NCBI GenBank assembly: GCA_012510335.1
Contig: JAAZIF010000345.1
Coordinates: forward strand, 1 to 34,831
Direction: 5' to 3'
Origin: Methanomicrobiales archaeon
Lineage (GTDB): Archaea > Halobacteriota > Methanomicrobia > Methanomicrobiales > Methanoculleaceae
DNA length: 34,831 nt
Shown here piece by piece: positions 28,671 to 34,831 of this stretch. The notes beneath the pieces are model-generated. The model was not told the DNA's origin. It did no database searches and was given only the letters and a program-made list of their open reading frames with translations. Position 1 is the stretch's first letter. Each line of letters starts with the position of its first letter. A program made the translations under genes and the position numbers.

Positions 28671-29780
28671 ATGACGATGGCAGACGTCTATTTCGCTGAT
28701 CTCCGGGCACGGGGCCCCCATGATAGCCGGTCCCGGAAGATCCGCCGTCTCTTTGAGGCCGCCGGGTTTGGTGCGGTCGTCCGACCGGGCGACCTTGTGG
28801 CCGTCAAACTTCATGTCGGGGAGCGGGGATGCGACACCTTCATAAACCCGATCTTTGCCCGGCAGGTGGTCGAAAAAATCAAAGAATGCCGGGCACACCC
28901 GTTCATCACAGATACCGGCACCCTTTATGCGGGGAGCAGGATGGACGCGGTAAGGCATACCGTCACCGCCATAGAGCATGGGTTCGATTACGCGGTGGTC
29001 GGCGCCCCGGTGATCATCGCCGACGGGATCCGGGGCGGCTACTGGTCAGAGATCGCAATCGGGGGGAAGCATTTTGAAAGCGTCAGGATCGCCGGCGGAT
29101 TCCTCGATGCCGAGAGCATGATCGTCCTCTCGCACGTCAAGGGCCACGACCTTGCCGGGTTCGGGGGTGCGATCAAGAACCTGGCGATGGGTTGCGCCCC
29201 GCCTTCCGGGAAGGCGGAGCAGCATGTGGGCCGGCCGCTCGTGGATCTCGATCGATGCGGGGGTTGTGGGAAATGCACCAGGGTCTGCCCGCAGGCGGCG
29301 ATGACCATAGTCGAAGGCCGGGCGCACCTCAACCCCGAGCACTGCGTCGGGTGCGGCGACTGTATGCGCTCCTGCCCCGAGGGGGCGATCGAGTTCGACT
29401 GGACCACCGAGATCAGGCCGTTCATCGAGAGGCTCTGTGAGTATGCCCTCGGAGCTGTCCTCGATAAGCCCGGGAGGGTGGGCTACATCAACTTCCTCCA
29501 GAACATCACCCCGGACTGCGACTGCGTCCCCTGGAGCGACGCTCCGATCGTCCCCGATATCGGGATCCTCGCTTCCACCGACCCGGTTGCTATCGATCAC
29601 GCGAGCCTCGATCTCGTCGACAGCCAGAGGGGGTTTGCTCAAACGGCGCTTGCGAGGAATCATGCTCCCGGAGAGGACAAATTTACAGGGGTCTGGGACT
29701 ACACGGATGCCCGCTACCAGATCACCTACGCTGCCAGGATCGGTCTTGGCGATGCGTCCTACCGGTTGATCGAGCTGTGA
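28671..29780 (+). CDS. DUF362-domain Fe-S protein with a 2[4Fe-4S] ferredoxin domain
   Basis: AVKLHVGE, SHVKGH, GGAIKNLAMGC, two CxxCxxCxxxCP, CDC, DIGILASTDPVAID; AGGAG RBS. Confidence 0.9.
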   Translation: MTMADVYFADLRARGPHDSRSRKIRRLFEAAGFGAVVRPGDLVAVKLHVGERGCDTFINPIFARQVVEKIKECRAHPFITDTGTLYAGSRMDAVRHTVTAIEHGFDYAVVGAPVIIADGIRGGYWSEIAIGGKHFESVRIAGGFLDAESMIVLSHVKGHDLAGFGGAIKNLAMGCAPPSGKAEQHVGRPLVDLDRCGGCGKCTRVCPQAAMTIVEGRAHLNPEHCVGCGDCMRSCPEGAIEFDWTTEIRPFIERLCEYALGAVLDKPGRVGYINFLQNITPDCDCVPWSDAPIVPDIGILASTDPVAIDHASLDLVDSQRGFAQTALARNHAPGEDKFTGVWDYTDARYQITYAARIGLGDASYRLIEL

Positions 29781-29905
29781 GGCAGCCAGGCATTATACCG
29801 GGCGCCGCCCCTGATCGGTTTTACACACCCTGAGGGGTGTTTCCCGGACCCCGGGAACGCCGGTGCGGAGAATAACCTTTTTCATCCTCCCGGGAGAGGG
29901 ATCAG

Positions 29906-30256
29906 ATGATGAATCTCTCGTCTGAACCGATCAGTCAGGATGTCGCGGATACGGCGCCGCTGACCCGGCGAGAGATCGCTGACCTCCTGCCGGGGGTTCC
30001 AGGATGGTCGCTTGAAGATCGGCGCCTGGCTGCCCGGTTTGTCTGTAAGGGGTTCTGCGATGCCGTAGCACTCCTCCAGGATATCGTGCGGCTTTCCGCG
30101 CGGGAGAATCATCACCCGGACATCTGCATCCGGGAGGGTCGGATCGTGGATGTCGCCTGGTACACCTACGCCATCGGCGGACTCTCCAGGAACGACTTTG
30201 TCATGGCCGCACGCCTCTCCGAGTGGCTCCGGTACCGGCAGGGCGGAATTCTCTAG
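29906..30256 (+). CDS. Pterin-4a-carbinolamine dehydratase family protein
   Basis: ENHHPDI, GGLSRNDFVMAAR. Confidence 0.85.
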   Translation: MMNLSSEPISQDVADTAPLTRREIADLLPGVPGWSLEDRRLAARFVCKGFCDAVALLQDIVRLSARENHHPDICIREGRIVDVAWYTYAIGGLSRNDFVMAARLSEWLRYRQGGIL

Positions 30257-30510
30257 TGTCCGTTGCCACCCCCGCCCTCTTCTACATGAGCCTTTGTTAC
30301 TCTCTATCATTATCTTACACGCTCTTCGCGTCGCCCGCGAAATGAAGTTGCCGGCACGCACCCCTCGGTCGTCGCGCCAAGCGCGCAGGAGTGCCCGCTC
30401 CCCTCTCTCGCCTGCGGCAATCAGCACAGGGGTGTGCGGGGGCCACCTCCCACTCCAGGGCTAACGGCGATTCTCATCGCGCAAGCATCCTCAAGGGTGA
30501 CTCGATGCAC

Positions 30511-30927
30511 TTAACCCATACCGAAGGCCCGCATGACCCTTGACCGCATGGCCTCTCTCGGGAGCGCGCCGACCACCCGGTCGACGAGCATACCATTTGC
30601 AAAGAACAGAAGCGTCGGTATCGCCGTGATGCTGAAACTTGTCGCTATCCGGGGATTGAGATCGACGTTGCATTTGCCGAAGGTCACCCTGCCGGCAAAA
30701 TCCTGCGCCAGATCAGCGATCACCGGGGCCACCATCCGGCAGGGGCCGCACCATTCTGCCCAGACATCGATGACGAGGCAGGGGTGTTTCTTTGTGGCAT
30801 CCTGAAACGTGTCATCGCTGATCTCGACGACCCTGCCGGTGCTGCCGAGGATGCTGGCTTCAAGCTCCCGGAGGCGCTCTTCGCGTATACGCTGCAGGTC
30901 GTCATTCATCACTCTGTCCTCTTCCAT
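30511..30927 (-). CDS. trxA: Thioredoxin
   Basis: WAEWCGPCRM, AIPTLLFF. Confidence 0.92.
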   Translation of the reverse strand: MEEDRVMNDDLQRIREERLRELEASILGSTGRVVEISDDTFQDATKKHPCLVIDVWAEWCGPCRMVAPVIADLAQDFAGRVTFGKCNVDLNPRIATSFSITAIPTLLFFANGMLVDRVVGALPREAMRSRVMRAFGMG

Positions 30928-31038
30928 ATAACGAAAATATGATCCAAACTCCTATAATGGTTGGGTGGGAGACTGTGGCCGGGTTTTCGCAAAGTTATAT
31001 ATCCACGCATCTCCAACTTATTATGCCTCATTGGTTGA

Positions 31039-31113
31039 AGCGAGGTGGGGTAGTCAGGAAATCCCGGCGGGCTCATAACCCGTAGACCGATGGTTCAAAT
31101 CCATCCCTCGCTA
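31039..31113 (+). tRNA. Initiator tRNA-Met(CAU)
   Basis: A1-U72 acceptor AGCGAGG/CCTCGCT, anticodon arm GCGGG-CTCATAA-CCCGT with three G-C pairs, T-arm GATGG-TTCAAAT-CCATC. Confidence 0.95.
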
Positions 31114-31337
31114 TATTCTGTTTTTGCGCATATTTCGCCATAAGAGCGACAGCCGGTGCGTTCGCGGCATAGGAGCCTCAAGCGAGACCCGCGCATGAGA
31201 GCGCCGGAAGCATGACCTGTGACAGAGATCCGCCCGGTGAGCTGGCAGGCATCATACCGTAGCATCTGGCAGCAAAAAGAGCGCGGTAAATAGTGCAAAG
31301 ATGCATGAGGCCCGGATACGAACCGTGCATGAAAGTA

Positions 31338-32771
31338 TTACGTCTGTTGCTTCCCGGTTCTGAATGTCGAGAGATCGGCCTGGTGGGTGCCGGCCACATA
31401 GTCCACGACACAGTTGTAACACTTCTCCCCGTCGATATCCACCGGGTAGCAGCCGGTCAGACACCCGGTGCAGAGGTTCCGCTCACCACACCCTATAGCC
31501 TCCACAAGATCCTTGATAGGGATGTAGGCGAGTGACGTCGCGCCGATGCTCTCCCGCACCACCTCGATCTCTTTCCCGCTCGCGATCAGTTCAGCACGGG
31601 TGGGCATATCAACCCCGAGGTAACAGGGGGAGATGATCGGCGGGGATCCTACCCTGAGATGGATCTCATCCGCCCCCGCCTCACGGATCATCTTCACAAT
31701 CCGCCGCGAAGTCGTCCCCCGGACGATACTGTCGTCGACGAGGATCACCCTCTTATCCTTGAGGTTCCTGCGGACGGTGTTTAGCTTGATCCTGACCGCC
31801 CGTTCCCGCTGCCGCTGGGTCGGCATGATAAACGTCCGCCCCATGTAACGGTTCTTCATCAATCCCTCGACAAACGGGATGCCCGAGCGTTCGGCGTAGC
31901 CGGCAGCGTAGGCGGTTCCCGAGTCGGGGACCGGACAGACGATATCCCCTTCAACCGGAGCCGCATCATAGAGCCCCTGCCCGATCCGGCGCCTGACATC
32001 GTAGACCAGCGTCCCGTCTATAATCGAATCAGCGCGGGCAAAATAGGTGTACTCGAAGATGCAGTGTGCCTTCCGGTTCGCTGTAGCGATCTGGATCGAG
32101 GAGAGCTCATCCTCATCGATACGGATGAGTTCCCCGGGCCGTACATCCCTGATGAACGTGCCGTCGAGTGCATCGATCGCCACGCTCTCCGATGCGACGA
32201 TGTAACCGTGGTCAAATTTGCCGATGCAGAGCGGTTTGATACCGAGAGGATCGCGGAAGGCATAAACGGTATCGTTTAAGAGCGCAACGGTGGCGTAGGA
32301 GCCTCGCAGACGCCGCATGCAGAGCTGGACGGCATCCTCCATGCTCTTTGAGGTACGCAGCGCCTCGGCGATTATGTAGCCTATGATCTCGGTATCAGTG
32401 GTTGTGCAGAAGATCTGCCCCCTGCGCTCGTACTCCTCCCGGATCTCGGCCGTGTTTACCAGGTTGCCGTCGTGGGCGATCGAGAGGTCGAGCCCTCTGT
32501 AGCGGAAGTTGAACGGCTGGACGTTCTCCGGAACCTTTGTCCCCGCCGTCGGGTAGCGGACATTCCCGATTCCGGCGTTGCCGTACAGTTCCTGGAGGGT
32601 TCGGCTATCGAAGACCTCGACTACGAGCCCCTGGGCCTTATGGGTGTATAGTGTATCTTCAAAAGTGGATATCCCTGCGCTCTCCTGTCCACGGTGCTGG
32701 AGAGCGTACAGGGCATAATACAGCGGAAAGGAGACACCGCCAGCATCGACGATGCCAACGATACCACACAT
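31338..32771 (-). CDS. purF: Amidophosphoribosyltransferase
   Basis: MCGIVG, LQHRGQESAG, RDPLGIKPL, PRPP motif VILVDDSIVRGTT, Fe-S cysteines. Confidence 0.95.
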   Translation of the reverse strand: MCGIVGIVDAGGVSFPLYYALYALQHRGQESAGISTFEDTLYTHKAQGLVVEVFDSRTLQELYGNAGIGNVRYPTAGTKVPENVQPFNFRYRGLDLSIAHDGNLVNTAEIREEYERRGQIFCTTTDTEIIGYIIAEALRTSKSMEDAVQLCMRRLRGSYATVALLNDTVYAFRDPLGIKPLCIGKFDHGYIVASESVAIDALDGTFIRDVRPGELIRIDEDELSSIQIATANRKAHCIFEYTYFARADSIIDGTLVYDVRRRIGQGLYDAAPVEGDIVCPVPDSGTAYAAGYAERSGIPFVEGLMKNRYMGRTFIMPTQRQRERAVRIKLNTVRRNLKDKRVILVDDSIVRGTTSRRIVKMIREAGADEIHLRVGSPPIISPCYLGVDMPTRAELIASGKEIEVVRESIGATSLAYIPIKDLVEAIGCGERNLCTGCLTGCYPVDIDGEKCYNCVVDYVAGTHQADLSTFRTGKQQT

Positions 32772-32781
32772 GATACAGCTC

Positions 32782-32964
32782 TTAGTGAGTCGGTACCTTT
32801 GATTTCTTCTCTATCCAGCGGTAACTGCGTATTCTCCGGCTTCTTCCAAAGCCGCAGGCTGCGCAGACCCGGTGCTGTGCATGGAAAGAAGCCCTGCCAC
32901 AACGCCTGCAGGTGATGTGGGTGCGCTTCTGCCGTTTGCCCATTGAGGGCGTGCCTTTTGACAT
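32782..32964 (-). CDS. rpl37e: 50S ribosomal protein L37e
   Basis: [26 protein letters not shown]. Confidence 0.96.
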   Translation of the reverse strand: MSKGTPSMGKRQKRTHITCRRCGRASFHAQHRVCAACGFGRSRRIRSYRWIEKKSKVPTH

Positions 32965-32978
32965 TCTCTCTCACCTGC

Positions 32979-33260
<282 letters not shown>

Positions 33261-33319
33261 TTAAATATACCCGCGCTGTTGCGAAGAAACAGCTGCTTCC
33301 TCGAGATCTGGATGATAAA

Positions 33320-33817
33320 ATGTCGAAGCTCACCGTGAAAAAACGCCACGTCATCAGAAGATCACAGATTGCCCGACTCCTCGACCGCCTCGCCGACGAG
33401 ATCGGGCCATCGGCCGAACTCTTTCGGTCAGACCGGATCGAGCGGATCGAGGCCGATGTCCCGGTCGAGATCTACCTTGTCGACAAAAAACCGCTCCTGA
33501 TGGCCACCGAGGCCTGGGCCTTTCCCACCCTGCGGGGCCTGGTCGAACACCCCATCCTGGAGCGGCAGGTGGTGGTCGATACCGGCGCGGTCAGGTTCAT
33601 CGCAAACGGCGCGGATGCAATGCGCCCCGGGATCGTCTCGATATCACCCGACATCCGCGCCGGACACCCGGTGCAGGTCGTCGAAGAACGCCACGGAAAA
33701 CCGCTTGCTGTGGGGATTGCGCTCTTTGATGCCGCCGATATGGAGCTGAAGGAGAGGGGAAAATCGGTCAGGAGCATCCACTATGTCGGGGACAATATCT
33801 GGAACCTTGAGATCTAG
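33320..33817 (+). CDS. PUA-domain RNA-binding protein (MCT-1/Tma20-like)
   Basis: FPTLRG, VDTGAVRFIANGADAMRPGI, HYVGDNIW. Confidence 0.9.
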   Translation: MSKLTVKKRHVIRRSQIARLLDRLADEIGPSAELFRSDRIERIEADVPVEIYLVDKKPLLMATEAWAFPTLRGLVEHPILERQVVVDTGAVRFIANGADAMRPGIVSISPDIRAGHPVQVVEERHGKPLAVGIALFDAADMELKERGKSVRSIHYVGDNIWNLEI

Positions 33818-33867
33818 CGCGAAAAACGAAAGATACTATTAAATAAAATTCATTCCTCAATTTTTCT

Positions 33868-34245
33868 ATGGTTAAAAAACTCTTTGACAGTATTCTCGGC
33901 AAAAGCCCTGTAAAAAACGAAGATGAGTACATGGAGCTCGACCTCGCATCTTACGAGGGATCGGCCTCAGAAGAACCGGCATCCATGTATATCAAGATCG
34001 CCACCATCGCAGATCTCAAGGATACCCCCCGCGTCAAGGACGAGGTTTATAACGGCAACATCGTCATCGTCGACATCGGGCGCCTGAAGATGGATAAGGT
34101 GACCTTCGAACGGGTCATAAAGGATCTCCGCGACGTGGCAAGGGACGTAAACGGCGACATCGTAGGCCTAGGCGAGCAGAAGTACGTCATCATCACGCCA
34201 ATGTCCGTCAAGGTCTCACGCGAGAAGATCAGCGGTGGCCTGTAA
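33868..34245 (+). CDS. sepF: Cell division protein SepF
   Basis: Amphipathic N-terminus, EYMELD, VKDEVYNGNIVIVD, GDIVG..VIITP. Confidence 0.9.
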   Translation: MVKKLFDSILGKSPVKNEDEYMELDLASYEGSASEEPASMYIKIATIADLKDTPRVKDEVYNGNIVIVDIGRLKMDKVTFERVIKDLRDVARDVNGDIVGLGEQKYVIITPMSVKVSREKISGGL

Positions 34246-34767
34246 GTGCGGGAGGTCTATCCGGGAACCTGCCCCGCGTGCGGGCGCGAGATCCAGATCA
34301 CCCATCACCGTCTCGAGATCCCCCACTTCCCCGATCTCCTGCTCGTCTCTATCGCCTGTAGCGCCTGCGGCTACCGGCACACCGATACACTCATCCTCGG
34401 TGAGGGGAAACCGACCCGGTGGACGGTGCGGGTCGAGGAGCCCGCCGATCTCTCCATCAGGGTGGTGAGGAGCACGACCGGAACGATTCAGATCCCGGAG
34501 CTCGGTCTTGCGGTCGAGCCCGGGACCGCCTGCGAGGGGTTCGTCACCAATATCGAAGGGGTTCTCTCGCGGTTCGAGGAGGCGGTGGGGAGTGTCCTCG
34601 CCAATGCTGAGAGCGAAGATGAGCGGGGGGCAGCACTCAGGATGCAGGGGAGAATCGCCGCTGCACGGGAGGCGGCCTTCCCGTTCACGGTCATCCTTGA
34701 GGATCCCGCCGGGAACAGTGTGCTCGTCAGCGAGAAGGCCGATTGTCTGTGCCTTGATCGAGCCTGA
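34246..34767 (+). CDS. ZPR1 zinc-finger domain protein
   Basis: CPACG..IPHF..CSACGYR, TNIEGVL, ILEDPAGNS; GTG start. Confidence 0.92.
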   Translation: MREVYPGTCPACGREIQITHHRLEIPHFPDLLLVSIACSACGYRHTDTLILGEGKPTRWTVRVEEPADLSIRVVRSTTGTIQIPELGLAVEPGTACEGFVTNIEGVLSRFEEAVGSVLANAESEDERGAALRMQGRIAAAREAAFPFTVILEDPAGNSVLVSEKADCLCLDRA

Positions 34768-34831
34768 TTTTTTTTACCGCCCCCGTTAACCTAAAATAGA
34801 ACCACTCCCATTATGCCACACCGTGAGGTGA

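Noticed and set aside
15750-31113. Possible integrated element bounded by tRNA-Arg or tRNA-Met
   Set aside because: No duplicated tRNA 3' end, integrase or transposase seen; the gene content is chromosomal

Overview
GC-rich archaeal chromosome from a hydrogenotrophic methanogen; gene content suggests Methanomicrobiales, most likely Methanoculleus (inferred). 1-7789 (- strand) is the S10/spc-type ribosomal protein superoperon (rpl3 to the start of rpl6, including RNase P subunit Rpp29). Next come a ~560-nt ORF-less, hairpin-dense region, tfx, the methanogenesis genes mtd and mer flanking a GalT-like gene, a divergent CetZ/tubulin-family gene with a repeat-containing tail, dcd and tRNA-Arg(UCG). 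These are followed by a promoter-bearing structured intergenic RNA candidate, a PEGA-type surface protein, AMP phosphorylase, rubredoxin, a HerA-like ATPase, an MFS transporter, arcA-arcC, an ABC-2 exporter, a DUF4097 pseudogene, a DUF362 Fe-S protein, PCD and thioredoxin. The window ends with initiator tRNA-Met and the conserved purF-rpl37e-LSm / PUA-sepF-ZPR1 cluster. No mobile element or CRISPR array was seen. The best leads are two unannotated structured-RNA candidates (7805-8355 and 15838-16057), the signature-less CetZ-like protein, and a PurF with substituted glutaminase-site residues. All structures were paired by eye, not computed.
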